A program made the position numbers and the translations under genes. The notes beneath the pieces were generated by a model. That model did not search any database. It was not told the origin of the DNA and saw nothing but the letters and a program-made list of their open reading frames with translations. Positions 25,957-39,873 of a DNA stretch of 64,000 bases are shown in pieces. Position 1 is the first letter of the stretch; each line of letters opens with the position of its first letter. This stretch comes from Utricularia gibba. Taxonomy: Eukaryota; Plantae; Magnoliophyta. Where the stretch lies: the NCBI GenBank assembly GCA_002189035.1, contig NEEC01000010.1, positions 2,728,001 through 2,792,000 of the forward strand. Reading direction: 5' to 3'.

Positions 25957-27085
25957 TTAAACACGGAGATGATGCACAAGTGACGCTGCAAGCAAAAGAG
26001 CCAGTACTTGCAGCAAATGGGATGATGATACCCTCAGGCTAATGCTGCTGCTCCTTGATGCTCCTAAATGATCAGAATGTGTAAGTGAAGGAGCCTGTGC
26101 AGGACACTCAAGCCCCAATGGCCCTTCACGGCATATGCTTGAAAAGAGACCTGGCGGATATTTCCCATAAAGGTTGATGTAACTGAACATCGTGGAGGCG
26201 CAGTCATTGGCCAAGTCGTTTAAGTACTCTACATTTGGACAAGCAAACTCTTTGAAAGCTGCGCAGCACAGCTTTGGTGGATACTCTGGTCCTTTGCATT
26301 GGCTTGTGATGATGGTATAATTCTCAAACTCAAAGTTCACAGGGCATGCTGCCACAAAGGACAGAACCAACGTCAGCAGAGGAAAAACACAACGAACAGG
26401 GAGTTGGTAATTTGGATACCAACACAACAATAATTCAGTTGGGGATTGAAATCCATCGAAATGGCAAAGATATGTCGCACAGATTCTACTAGAAAGTGTT
26501 CATACAGCATATACAATGAGTTGCAACAAGCAAGTAAACCCAATCAAAGCATATGACTCCGAACCATGCCAGGCATCAACATTATATTCACCATTTCAAT
26601 TACTAGAAGGTGCACTTTTTACACCATCAGCAGATGCTTGTCTATAGAAAGGATGCCTTATAAAGCAACACTGCTTAAGAAAAGGGCAGGCATGGCAACA
26701 CAAGTACCATAAAAGCTCCTTCAGTATGAACAAACAAGTACCAGAGGGAGCTCCAAAAGTAGGATTAGAATTAAAACTAACATCAGAATTCACAAACCAT
26801 CACTAGAAGGAAAATCCCATAGCGCAATTGATGGGTCAAATCAGCCCAATGGTAGTGTTAAAAGACGTAAGACAACTCAAACCTACGTGTTTTAGCCTGA
26901 AGAAGTCTCCTGTCACCCAAACCCGAGGGACCAAATGCGTCATCTGCACCATTAAACGGAGAATAAGAACCACATAGCCAAAGGAAAGGTGAATCAAGGC
27001 AAGCCCACGTACCAAAAATGAAAGTCGAACCCGAAACAGCTGAAAAAACAGAAACGACAAGAATGACAATCCCACACCCCTTCAT
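25957..27085 (-). CDS. LLG: LORELEI-like GPI-anchored protein, 3 exons
   Basis: Signal peptide MKGCGIVILVVSVFSAVSGSTFIF, exon 2 DAFGPSGLGDRRLLQAK, exon 3 CPVNFEFENYTIITSQCKGPEYPPKLCCAAFKEFACP...CASTMFSYINLYGKYPPGLFSSICREG, and a hydrophobic GPI tail. An alternative ATG lies at 27100. Confidence 0.92.
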
Positions 27086-27911
27086 CTGATTCAAACGCAT
27101 AATCTCCAAAAACCCAATCTTTAAGAGATCAGCAAGAACTAAAAACCCAATGGGAATAGGGTAGATCTCCGCCCCCGGCCAACTCCAACAATTTATTAAC
27201 AATCGGCACCACACATCTCAGTACTTATTTTCACTGCAGATCCCAATCTAAATCATATACATCAACCAAAACAACGAAACGGGATGGAGAGGAGTGGGCC
27301 ACACCTGCGCATTGACTACCATGGAAATGCCGCTAGGAAGTACACACACACAGAAGCTCGCCGGCGGTGGACCATGAGAAATTGTAATGAATTCGTAATA
27401 TAATATTTTATTATAATGCACTAATTTTTTTTGCATTTAATCAATATTTTAAAATTTTGTTTATAATTCGGCTCTACTATTAATTTATATTGCATACAAA
27501 ATAAGATACTTAAAAAATAACATTAGATTGATATTACTCGTTAATATTAAAATTAATAATTTCTAATTATGTGAATCTTCTTCTCCTAAGTCACACTTTG
27601 TAATATAAAATATTAATAATATGATAAACCATATTTAAATTTATTATATAAATATGGAAATTTCAAATCAGATTTGTAATTAGATTATATATAAATAATA
27701 GAATATGAAAAAATTTCCTTTTTGGAAATATCTTAGACAAATTGTTTTTATTTTATTTATTTTGGAAATTCGAACAAATTGCCGAGTCGGTTGACCGCTT
27801 CCCGCTTCTGTTTTTGTTTTGTTTCGAATTCCTATAGAATCTCGCCGGCCAAATACGATTGAATCTCTGGTTTATTTTCCTCCGAAACAGAAATCATATC
27901 TCGTCTCCCCC

Positions 27912-29589
27912 ATGGAAACCAGATCCGCGAAGCGTAAGAAGCTGATGGAAGCCGCCGCCGTGAAGGCGGCCGACGAAGTCGACCGCATTAGCGATCTTCC
28001 TGACGACGTGATCCACCGGGGAATCTTCGCACTATTGCCGATCAAAACCATTGCGCGGATGAGTGTCGTATCGAAGCGGTGGAGAGATTTATGGCATTCT
28101 TACCCTGATCTGGATTTCACTTCCGTCGATTCCCTGAATGTCGTCGTAAACGCTGCAAAATGTCATCGCGCCAGGGCGGCGGAATACGCGGATCAGATAA
28201 TCGGGATTATCGAGAGGCATTCCTCCGATTTGAGGACGTTGAAAATTAGGGCATCCCTGAACTGCTCCCAACTCGTGCGGCTGATCCGCCACGCCGTGAA
28301 GCACGACGTTGTTCATCTCGTTCTCGACGTCCGAACCTGCAACGGCTACTTCAATTTCCCGCGCAGCCTTCTCCAATGTGACAGTTTGCAATCCCTCCGG
28401 CTGAGGTCCCGGTCGATGGGGTTCCGATTACCGGCATCAACCAGAATGAGAGAAGGTTTTCGATCACTAAAGTCGCTGTCCCTCAGCGGAGTGAACTCAG
28501 AGGATGATCCATCTCAGATGAATCTCTTCACCGGATCCTCCTTCCCCTGCCTCAAGAATCTCCATCTGGAACATTTCATGGGGCTGCAGCATCTCGGGGT
28601 CCATTTCATCGGTGTCCCACTGCAGGACCTCTCTATCGGAGGGTGCAATCAGTTGGAGGAGCTGGAGATCGCGGCGGATAGGCTTCAGAGGCTCACCATT
28701 TCCAACAGCTTCAACGCCAACTACAGCAATTCCATTAAACGAAAGGTGAAAATTCGCGCTCCGGCGCTGAAGTTCATCAAATGGTGGTCGAGCCCCATCC
28801 CAGCGAATGCGCCATGGACAGCTTGACATGTTTAGAAGAAGCATTCGTCGGATCCTTCCATCTGGATTACGTTCTCAGCGCCGTGAAACCTGCCAACTTA
28901 TCTGCTTTCCTCACCAGAATCTGCCATTGCCGTTCCTTGACGCTCGGATACTACTCCCTTGAGGTGATGATCCCCTTCACTTTTAACACATGCAAGCTAC
29001 GAGACTCAGTTCTAATCTGTGTGAATTTCTTCAGGTCGTCTGCAATAGCAGCTTGGGGATATGTGCCTTTCAGAAGCTCAAGTGTCTAGAACTTACTACA
29101 GCATTGTGCGCCTACAACAACCGCAAACTCCTTTCTCTTTTCCGGTCCTGCCCCATCCTGCAAACCCTCGCCATCAATCTCTACAGTGAAATGAACACAG
29201 AAATACGAGTATGCTTAGCTTCTCAGACCTTCTCTTTAAAAAAAAAATCATTCTCCATTCTTCTTCTCGTAAATAAATGCTGTCTTGTTCAGGGATGGAA
29301 CAAGGAAGTCTTGGCCTCCATTTTGGAGCTGTACTGGAAGTCGAAGATGGAGGCATCGGAGCCGCTTCTGCGTCACTTGAAGGTGGTGAAGATCGAAGGA
29401 TTTACAGAGCGTCCGAACGATGTGGGACTGGTACTCTTCTTGCTCAGGCACGTACAAGCCTTGGAGGAGATGCATATCGGGCGCGGCTTGTGCCAGCCCA
29501 AAGATTTTCCTCGAAGAGCAAAGCTGAAGAAGCTGCTCCTCGCCTTCTGCAAAGCTTCTTCCAAAGCCACCATACGTTTTGATTTCTGA
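27912..29589 (+). CDS. F-box/LRR/FBD protein, 3 exons, with an apparent 1-nt deletion at about 28799-28801
   Basis: METRSAKRKK...DRISDLPDDVIH...LLPIKTIARMSVVSKRWRDLW F-box, LRR-like repeats, and an FBD-like C-terminus LRHLKVVKIEGFTERPNDVGLVLFLLRHVQALEEM. Confidence 0.85.
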
Positions 29590-30753
29590 AGATGGAAAAG
29601 CCTTCACCTATTTTTTTTAATTTTTTTCGTTTCATACTCTGTAAATTATTCATTTAGATGAGTTATTGATCATTCTAACCCATATAACTTAATATGGTAT
29701 TTTTAGTAATTTTTTTTATCAGATTTTTTAAAAAAATTAAAATAACTAAATATATCTAGATATAATTATAAAATTTATTAAAAATAATGAATTTTTAAAG
29801 TTACTATTTTCAGATTTTTTTAATTTTTTTTTAAATTTATTAGACCCGAATCTAGTAGTGGAATCGATAATTATGGATAATCATTGACGCGGTTTTTATT
29901 GTATATAAAAAATTCCTAAAAAATGTCAAGTATGAAAGGGGATCACGTGCCTTGCATGCGTTTGTGGGGGCAGTGGCATGTGGATTCTCTCCAGGTAAGT
30001 CAAAAGTTCGACAAAGAAAACTTACAGTGTGGCCTGTGGGCGGTGAAAGGAAAACATTCCCCCAGTTAATGGGATTTCGTCGGATCGGGAATCAACTCTG
30101 CGAGGATGCTATGGACGCGCAGATGCAACGGAAGAGGAATTAGAGGGAAGGCTGTGTGGTGTGCTTGTATGGAATCTTGTTATTTTGGGTAATGGTAGGA
30201 ATCGGAAACCGGGAAAGTCTTTTATGCCTGGTGGCGTCATAATCTTGACTGTGGAAGTTCTGACTCTTTTGTCAACCACCATCAGGGTAAGAAGACAAAA
30301 TTTTCTATTTGCTTGCTTGGTTTGACGTAAATTTGTAGTTTTTACTCATCAGTTGTCTGTAGCGGCGGCGAACGATCACGCTATGGTGTCCTTCAACACC
30401 AGACTGAGTCTTTTTTGTTTGTTTGTTTGAATTATGAGTGTCCCATCCTGTAGTTCTTGTGTGGGCTCTGATTGAGGATTTCCACTTGCGCGTGGCTTTA
30501 TTTTGGGCAATAATATAGCGTGGAATTTTGGGGATTTTGTGAGGTGCTGCCTGATCCTTTATTTTTACCTTGGACTGCTGAGTTCTTGAAACCCCGATTA
30601 AGTTCTTCTCGGGCACTGGTTTTTTATTCCAACTTCATTGTTTTTACAGCGATGATCTGCGGCGGTACGTTTTCTGAGGATTAGGATGTTCCGATTAAAG
30701 TTTTTGTGTGAATCAGGAGGTGGTAAGAAGTAAGGTATCGGTTGTTTGAGATT

Positions 30754-33700
30754 ATGGGTTGTGTTTATGGGAAATCATCTTCGAAGCTGACGGATAATGA
30801 GCAGAGCCCAAAAGTTAGGGAACTAATCAGGAAGACATCCCAGTTGCATTTGGCTCGTGCTGTTTCTGCAAAAAGGGAGGTGTTTTTACAGAATGAGAAA
30901 TTGGATAATGGAAACGGTAAACTGATCCCAGTGGATAGGAATAGCATATCCGATGTGTCTGGCAGGGCTAGGAAGGAATGCTATGGGAATACAATAGTGA
31001 GTTCTGAGAGGGCAAATGCTTCTCCTGCCACTGGAAGCATACCCAAAGCGGTCAGTGCAGAATCAGTGGCTGCTGGTTGGCCTTCATGGCTGGTTAGTGT
31101 CGCTGGTGAAGCTATCAGAGGTTGGATTCCACGAAAAGCTGAAACGTTTGAGAAACTTGATAAGGTGGGCAATGTTCTAGCATTTTGAACTCAGTATAGA
31201 TCGTTTCTGCATTGATACGTTGTTTTGTGCAGCTTATTCCGATACTTTATTGTGGTTTAAATCTCAGAAATCGGAAAAATAGAATGCATTTGGCGTTTGA
31301 AATTGTTAATGCTTGTTGATTTGTTTCATTAGAATTTGAAATTGCTAAAATTTGTTGATAGTTCAGTAGAAAATGATATGCTGAGATTTTTCAAACATTT
31401 TTTTTGAGGTTAAATAAAAAAAAATTATTTGTGTTATGCACATCGAGCACTTATTAGGACAATGAGCTCCATTCGCCACAAACAATTACTTTAGCCTCAT
31501 GTCTCTGTCTAACAGATTTTAGCAGATGATTGTAAAACCTTTGAAAAGTTGATGTGCTAAAGTAGAAACTATAAGAAACAGAAGTGGAAAGGGCATTAGG
31601 AAATTGTCCTTACGTTCAGAAGTTTGCATGTGATGCCACTGCCAAGAAATATCAGCTTTTGGACAATTTCCTTTTTTTGTGTGTGTGTTTTAGATGGTCT
31701 GCTATTTACAGCATCTAGTATTACATCTGCGTATCTCTCTTAATGTGGATGCAGATTGGTCAAGGAACTTACAGTAATGTCTACAAGGGTCGTGATCTTG
31801 TTCACAATAAATATGTTGCTCTAAAGAAAGTACGGTTCAATAACATGGATCCTGAAAGTGTCAAATTTATGGCAAGGGAGATCACAATATTGCGAAGGCT
31901 TGATCACCCTAATATCATTAAATTGGAGGGCTTAATTACTTCAAAAACATCTACTTCATTGTATCTTGTCTTTGAATACATGGAGCATGATCTCACGGGA
32001 ATCGCATCACTTCCTGGGGTCAAATTCACTGAGCAGCAGGTAGGGTTTTATGATGATTATCTTCTTTTTCCTGTTTTTTAATGCAGCATATTCACGTTTT
32101 TTTTGTTGGTTATCTTTTAGGTAAAGTGTTACATGCACCAGCTTCTCAGTGGTCTCGATTATTGTCATAGTCATGGTGTATTACACAGAGACATCAAGGG
32201 GTCAAATCTATTGATCGACAATAGAGGCATCTTGAAGATTGCTGATTTTGGCTTAGCTAGTTGTTACGATAGTCAGCAGAAAGTTCCTCTAACAAGTCGT
32301 GTTGTGACTTTATGGTATCGCCCTCCAGAACTTTTGCTTGGTTCTATCAATTATGGAGTTGCTGTAGACATGTGGAGTGCTGGTTGCATACTTGGGGAAC
32401 TGTATACTGGCAGGCCCATCTTAACCGGTAGAAATGAGGTTTGTTTACACTCAAATTTGCTACATCAAAAGGGTGTTTTCCTCAGCTGATGTGGATGGTT
32501 TATTCACACTTTTTATCACTGTTAGCTTAGAAAAAGTGTTACTTCTCCTAGGGTGACCCATTTTTATTGTGTATACAATATATAATATGGTCGAGGTAGT
32601 ATTTTCATGTGTACAATTAAAAATGTTAGGAGAACTTTGAGTTGAAAAAAAAAACAATTTCCCCAGCTTTAGGGTTTTGCTTCTAGTAGATCGAGGAAAT
32701 AGGCGTTGTTGGAAGAGCTGAAATTATTAAGGTTTTAAATTTATGAAAATAAGTTCCAATTCAGGAAAACTCTAGCTAAAAGATTGAGTTGCATGATGCT
32801 AGTGTTCTGTTTTGTTAGTTTTTCAAATGCTGGTGACATTCACACCCTTTTGTCTACAGTTATCAACTTTTGTATCATATGCGCATGATGTTTACTGCTT
32901 CTCTCCTTAGTATTCTCCAATTTTCTTTTTGTTTTGGTAATCAGCAATAACAAGCAATTCTTGGACAAGTGTAAGAGACTTCAACGTTTAATAACGTATC
33001 AGCTGTATGCGCATCTTCCCAGTTGCAGCATTGATGCTATTAGAATGAATGCACTTCATCTTGTAGGTGGAGCAGCTGCATAACATATTCAAGCTTTGTG
33101 GTTCACCATCTGTCGATTATTGGAAAAACTCCAAGTTGACTTACTCACCAGGATATAGGCTATACAAAAGACGTATAGCTGAAGCTTTTAAGGATCTCCC
33201 TGATGTTGCTGTTGCCCTCATGGAAACCTTGCTTTCGATCAATCCCTTGGATCGAGGGACTGCATCCAGTGCTCTAAATAGTAAGGTAACAACTCTTAGG
33301 TCATCAATTTATCTCTGGTGAGGACATGCCAATTCACTATCATTTTGCCGTCTGTGACAGTACTTTAAAACGGAGCCACTTGCTTGTGATCCATCAAGTT
33401 TGCCAAAATATCCTCCGAGCAAAGAGCTGGATGCAAAGTTGAGAGAAGAAGAGGCAAAAAGGTATTCCTAATCCTGAGTGCTTTCTGGTTGCAGTGTTTG
33501 GCCTCATGTTTGGTTTCTCTAATACGATGCCTAGACAGCCTTAAGGGTGATCAAGTCACCTATTAAATGTAAATCTATGAAGTGACTGACCTTTTACTTA
33601 TGAATCCGGCCTGTTTTGTATGCTTGGCTGTTGAGATTCGCATCTCAAAGAAGATGATAGACAGATAGAGTAGATTTCTGAGCCCATGACTCTTGTTTCA

Positions 33701-34551
33701 AAAACTTGTCCAGGCAAGGATCACAGGGGGTTAAGGGAGGAATGGTGGGTGGAAATAGCTACAGAGGACCAAAAGATTTACGAGCTGCTCGACCAATGGA
33801 GGCTTCCACTTCAGAGTTTGGGAGGCCGATGAAAGTATGTGTAAGATCTGACATATCAGTGCTTCAACACCACATCACGTCTTGTTCCATCTTTCTGGAT
33901 GAAACTACGCCTGTTGATGCAGCTAATAGACCTCAACTGAGTTGTGCTTGTGTTTTCTTTCCCAGAATTCACGTGGTCCCATGGAGGCAGATGAAAGGGG
34001 CAACCATAAGGATGAGCCGCCAAGATTGGTGCGGGGCTCGGTGGAAATCCGTCATCCTAAAGATCCTCAAGAGGATGCCATTTCTTACTCAGGCCCTCTT
34101 GCTCCAAATGCCGGCCGAAGATCACATGCAAACAGCAACTCGGGCAAGATTCTTTCCTCCGGCAGCAGGACTTCTGATGCGTTTGGAGATCCTCCCGTAT
34201 CCACCCAGGACACCAGACTCCAAGCACGAATGTTTCCCAACTCCCACCAGGCTAAAAGTAGCAGAATCGATGAAGATGATGATATGGTAAGCAAAGTTGA
34301 GTCCTTTCCACCAACAGGAATCACTGTGCGCTCGAACCAAGTGTTTTTCTTTTTTGGTGCTATGGCAGGGCGGAGAGCGAGAGAGGGTAAAAGATTACCA
34401 CTTTTCCGGCCCTCTGGTCCCCTCCTCAAGCAACAAAGAGCAAGTACTGAGAGACCACGAGCGCTTGCTCCAAGAAGCGTCTCGCCGGATGCGGCTGCAG
34501 CAAGAAACAGATAAACGCCATTATTTCCGATCAGGGCATGGTAACCGGTAG
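30754..34551 (+). CDS. CDK-like Ser/Thr protein kinase (At1g54610/IBS1-type family), multi-exon
   Basis: MGCVYGK N-terminus, GWPSWLVSVAGEAIRGWIPRKAETFEKLDK|IGQGTYSNVYK, VKFMAREI, HRDIKGSNLL, DFG, SRVVTLWYRPPELLLG, EPLACDPSSLPKYPPSKELDAK, and C-terminal HFSGPL...HERLLQEA. Confidence 0.9.
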
Positions 34552-36233
34552 ACCGGCGACGAACCAAAAACGCTCAGTTGTTGCACTGTTCTGTCTACTC
34601 CCCCCTTTCACAGCATACCACCCTGTTACATGTATATGTACAACACTGGAGCAAAAGGGCGGACACATACCACACCCTACAATACAAATACGCATAGAGG
34701 ACTGGCCTCCCCTGGTTCATGTAAATGCCCAACAGGAAGAGTAATGGGATCCTCTGGTCCGTTTTTTAAATGAATTTTATATCTTACATATTACCATCAA
34801 TTTTTCATTTTTCTATTTAACACGAATGATTATTTTTTTAATACATCCGTGGTTTTTCTGAATTGAGTGCTCCGTCATTTTGCAATCACTATATATAACA
34901 CAAGAAAACGAATAAGCTATTATTTATTTCATATTTAAAAGCTATTGAAATTCATTATCTTTTAGAATTAATGGTTTTTATTCTGAATTACACATTTTAA
35001 AATTATTTTTATTTCCAAAATTGATTTTTTTTTTCAAGTCATCCGCCCACCTTAGGTTGATTTTATGAAACATCAACGGTGGACCACGTGGCCAAATCAA
35101 AATCTACTAGTTTCCACCTCATCTTGACGTGGAACCTACCCCCACCTACCTCTAAAATTATATTTCAAGTTTTGAGTCAAGTGATCATCTTTAATATGAA
35201 TATTTTTATGTGTGATATAGAAATGTATGAATGGTTGTTTTTCAAAATAAATCGTTAGATATGATATGTTCATAGCATTATTTGTGTTCATCATCGTATA
35301 TCCGAAGCCGCAAATCGAAATTATCATGTGTATCCGAATCCAAGACTTGAGTTGTTACAACATTGAGTAATTGGATGGACCACTTACTGTTCATTCATGA
35401 ATTCAATTTTGTTTTGAAGTATAATTCTTTTTTTATATGATATGGTCTATTTTGCACATTAAATATTAATAGTTTTACGTCATCTACTTTTGGAAAAATG
35501 TTAAGAGTTTTTCTATTTAAACACGTTTCTATTGACATTTGTAAGTAATGTGAAATACTTTCACCAAATCTCTCGTCTTACAATTATTATTAGCACATGT
35601 TTAATATTATTTTTAGAATCAGAAAAACAAGTGCGATTCGTTTCAAAGATTTTTAATATAACATTGCAACTAATTATATTATTAATTGATTAATCAAATA
35701 TTAAAAAATCGACCCCAGTTTGAAAATTAAATTTTAATCTCAGTGTATATTAAAAAAAATGAAAAATTGACAGCAGTGTAGATTGTCAGCCACTCATCCT
35801 CCAGTTCAAAATATCTGCGATTTATGCAAATTTTGGAGCCAAAAAAATAACAGACAAATGCAGTTAAAAAAAATTGAGTATTAAATATGAAGAAGAGATG
35901 CGTACGGCCGCGTGGATATTTTTACCATTCTTACAGCTGCATTTCCCGTCTAGCACAGCTGGCGGCGTGGATGGGGTATGGCCAGGGACCAGGGTGTATG
36001 GATTTTTGGTCACTCCGGTTTTAACTGTGTGAGATTTTTGGCCACTCAAGTGATAAAAAATGTACTTACTGAGAGAGGAGAGAAGGATGGCAGAGAAAGT
36101 TGGCGAGATTTCTAAAAGGACGGCTATGGATGCTGCTTGTGGACCTATATATAAGTATGTCAAGGCGTAAGCTTCGGCATTGCATCAGGTTTTGAGTTTC
36201 GTCGGTTTTTCAGGCGTCCGGTGGTTCGGGAAA

Positions 36234-39200
36234 ATGACGGTGGGAGCTGGGATTTCTGTGAGTGATGGAAATTTGTGTGTCTTGGAGGAGACAATTTTAA
36301 GAGATGTTCATAGCAGCATTGTCGTCACTCCGGCGAATGGTGGGATTTTGAACAATGGAGCTTTTATCGGCGTACGCTCTGATCGTATCGGGAGTCGCCG
36401 CGTCTTCCCTGTCGGGAAACTCCAGTCAGTTTTTTTTTTTTAATTTGTTTCAGTTTTAATACCTGGAAACCGCTGGTTGAACTTGGATTTTGAAAATGTT
36501 TGCAGGGATTTGAGGTTCATGTGTGTTTTTCGCTTCAAATTATGGTGGATGACACAAAGAATGGGCTCTTATGGACAAGAAATACCATTTGAAACTCAGT
36601 TTTTGATCGTGGAAGGAAGAGATGGCTCGCATTTTGGAGAATCTGCTGGTGAACGACCAGCAATGTACGTAGTTTTCTTGCCCATTTTAGAGGGAGATTT
36701 CAGGGCTGTTTTGCAGGGAAATGCGCTCAATGAGTTGGAAATCTGCTTGGAAAGCGGTGAACACTCGAACAAAACCACAATTCCACCTTTTTTTTTCCCG
36801 CATTCGGTCATTACTTCATTTTTGTTTCAGGAGATCCCGCCGTGAAAGAATTTGATGGAAGCCACTTAGTCTTCGTAGGAGCTGGATCTGATCCATTTGA
36901 TGTCATTACAAACGCGGTCAGGTAAAACACGGAGAAGGGTCTTCTTTTACCCTCAGTAGATTCCTCCCCTTTTTTTTTCTTACCATGAGAAACTGTTACA
37001 TGAATCTAGGTCAGTGGAGGATCATCTGCAGACCTTTTGCCACAGGGAAAGAAAGAAGGTTCGTTCTAGTCTTTCGTGTAGCTTATTTTGGCTTTTGGGT
37101 TCTCAAAATGACATTCAGAGAGGCCGCAAATATACATAAAATCTCTAGATTTAGGCAAATGTTGGTAGACAGAATAGAACATACTGACTTTTCGTTCTAA
37201 ATCTTGTTGACTTTCCTTAACCAGATGCCGGATATGTTGAACTGGTTTGGATGGTGTACATGGGATGCTTTCTACACAGATGTTACAGCTAATGGAGTTA
37301 AACAGGGATTGGAGAGGTAAGTCAGTCAGTCATATGAATGCATCTTCAACCATCAGTGTCTACATCATGTGTTTGATTGTGGTTTAAGTAAAGTATGTAG
37401 TACCCTTGTTTCAAACTGCATATGAACTACCAGAATCTTGATGCCTTAGATAAGTAGCAAGTTTGAACCGATTTACAAACATTGAGGTGTGAGAGGGAGG
37501 CTAGCCTTGTTTTGTGTTTGATTCCAGCTTCCGGAGTGGGGGGATTTCTCCAAAATTTCTCATAATCGATGATGGCTGGCAATCAGTTGGAATGGATCCG
37601 ACCAGCATAGCAGCACAGGCAGATAACACAGCCAAGTGAGACTTGAACAGGATTTCTCATTTGAAATGCCCCTGTATCTTTTCCAAGCTATGGATTACAA
37701 GCTGTTTTTCCATCTTTGTTTTCCAGCTTTGCCAACAGGCTGACCGATATAAAAGAGAACCATAAGTTTCAGAAGCAGGAAAAAGATGGCGAACCACTTG
37801 AGAATTCAGCAATGGGAATTCAGGACATTGTTACTGATATTAAAGAGCAGCACTCAGTGAAGTATGTGTTCGTGTGGCATGCTTTGACTGGATACTGGGG
37901 TGGTGTGAAACCAGGAGTGGCGGAGATGCAACACTACGATTCAAAAATGGCTTATCCGGTTTCATCTCCAGGGGTTCAGTCAAATGAGCAATGTGAAGCA
38001 TTGGATAGTATTGCAAAGAATGGCGTTGGATTAGTCAATCCTGAGAAAGTGTTCCATTTCTACAACGAACTGCATTCGTACCTTGCATCTACTGGTATTG
38101 ATGGAGTCAAGGTAGATGTCCAGAATATTCTGGAGACACTTGGAGCTGGCCATGGTGGAAGGGTGAGGCTTGCTCGGAAATATCATCAGGCCTTGGAGGC
38201 ATCTATTTCAAGGAACTTTCGTGATAACAGCATCATTTCATGCATGAGCCACAATACTGACGGTTTATACAGGTTGGGGAATGCATTCTTTCATTCTCCT
38301 CTTTCCCTGTTGAATATCATATAATCTTCTCATTTTCTGGTGAAAATCATTTCAGTGCGAAAAGGACAGCAGTCATCCGAGCATCCGATGATTTCTGGCC
38401 TAGAGATCCTGCATCACACACCATCCACATTGCTTCAGTTGCATACAACACCATTTTTCTTGGAGAGTTTATGCAGCCAGACTGGGATATGTTTCAGGTA
38501 AGAAGCTAACCACAAAATCCAATTCTAAATCCCATTACCTCGATGATGGCACCTTTCTTGAATCTTATCAGAGCTTACATGAGATGGCTGAATACCATGG
38601 AGCAGCACGCGCAGTTGGCGGTTGCGCTATATACGTCAGGTACTATAAAACACAAACATCAGTGTGGTAGCTGGCTTTTGAATTCGTTGTTATAACATCA
38701 GTTTCAAACTTTGCAGTGATAAACCTGGCCACCATGACTTTGAACTTTTGAAAAAGCTCGTATTACCGGATGGCTCCATACTGAGGGCTAAACTTCCAGG
38801 ACGACCCACGCTTGATTGTCTGTTTTCAGACCCAACCAGAGATGGCACAAGGTGTGTAACAAATGATTCTACCCCCTTCCACAACATCTACTAGAACTTA
38901 ACAGTCAGTTGATCTAAATGCAGTTTGCTGAAGATATGGAACCTGAATGATCACAATGGAGTCATAGGCGTTTTCAACTGCCAAGGCGCCGGCTGGTGTA
39001 AAGTTGGAAAAAAATATCTTGTCCACAACCATCAACCTGAAGCCACAACTGGAGTTATCCGATCCAAGGATGTTAACTATCTACCAAGAGTTGCTCATAA
39101 AGGATGGAATGGCGATACCATTGTCTACTCCCATCTTAAAGGTGAGTTCATCTCATATGGTGCACTCCTTTCCTTTCAGAAACACCCATCAATTTTACAA

Positions 39201-39591
39201 TCCATGCCTCCCAGGTGAGTTGGTGTACCTCTACAAGGATGCATCCCTTCCCATCACACTGAATGCCAAGGAGTACGAAGTCTTCACAGTGATTCCCGTG
39301 AAGAATCTGTCAAACAGAGCATCATTTGCGCCCATAGGTCTCACAAAGATGTTCAACTCAGGAGGAGCAATCAAGGACGTGCATTACGAGATCGACAATC
39401 CGGGTTTTATCGCCATGAAGGTTCGTGGCAGCGGTTGCTTTGGGGCGTACGCATCTGCAAAACCAAAGAGAGTTCATGTCGATGGAAGAGAAGTTGAGTT
39501 TAGGTACGAAGAAGCATCTGGTTTGGTTTCGTTTGATCTGCGGTTACCTCCTCGAGAATCGTATCTCTGGGAAGTGACTGTGGAGTTATGA
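36234..39591 (+). CDS. SIP1: Galactinol-sucrose galactosyltransferase / alkaline alpha-galactosidase (seed imbibition protein 1, GH36), multi-exon
   Basis: All exons splice in frame: [111 protein letters not shown]. Confidence 0.95.
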
Positions 39592-39873
39592 TGACAACGA
39601 AACAGAGAAGGGATTCAATCATTTCAAGGAGCCGTGCAATCTGCACAGTTTGTGAGCTCCTGCACCAACATATTTCAATTCATTAGAAGCTATGCATTCT
39701 TTTATCAGAGTATCTATGTTCATTACACAGCAGAAATCAATTATTCCAATGGATTTAACAAAGAAACGCCTTAAGAGGGCTGTTTTGCTGCTACAACTTG
39801 GCTGCTTTTAATGCACAGAGTTCTCAAAGAAAATGGCAAAAATCTTGTTCTCATTGATGACTATCGAACATCT

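Noticed and set aside
26713-26754. miR159/319-like arms (AGCTCCTTCAGT ... AGGGAGCTCC) in an LLG intron
   Set aside because: The stem is only about 12 bp with mismatches, no full mature sequence is present, and real miR159/319 precursors are much longer.
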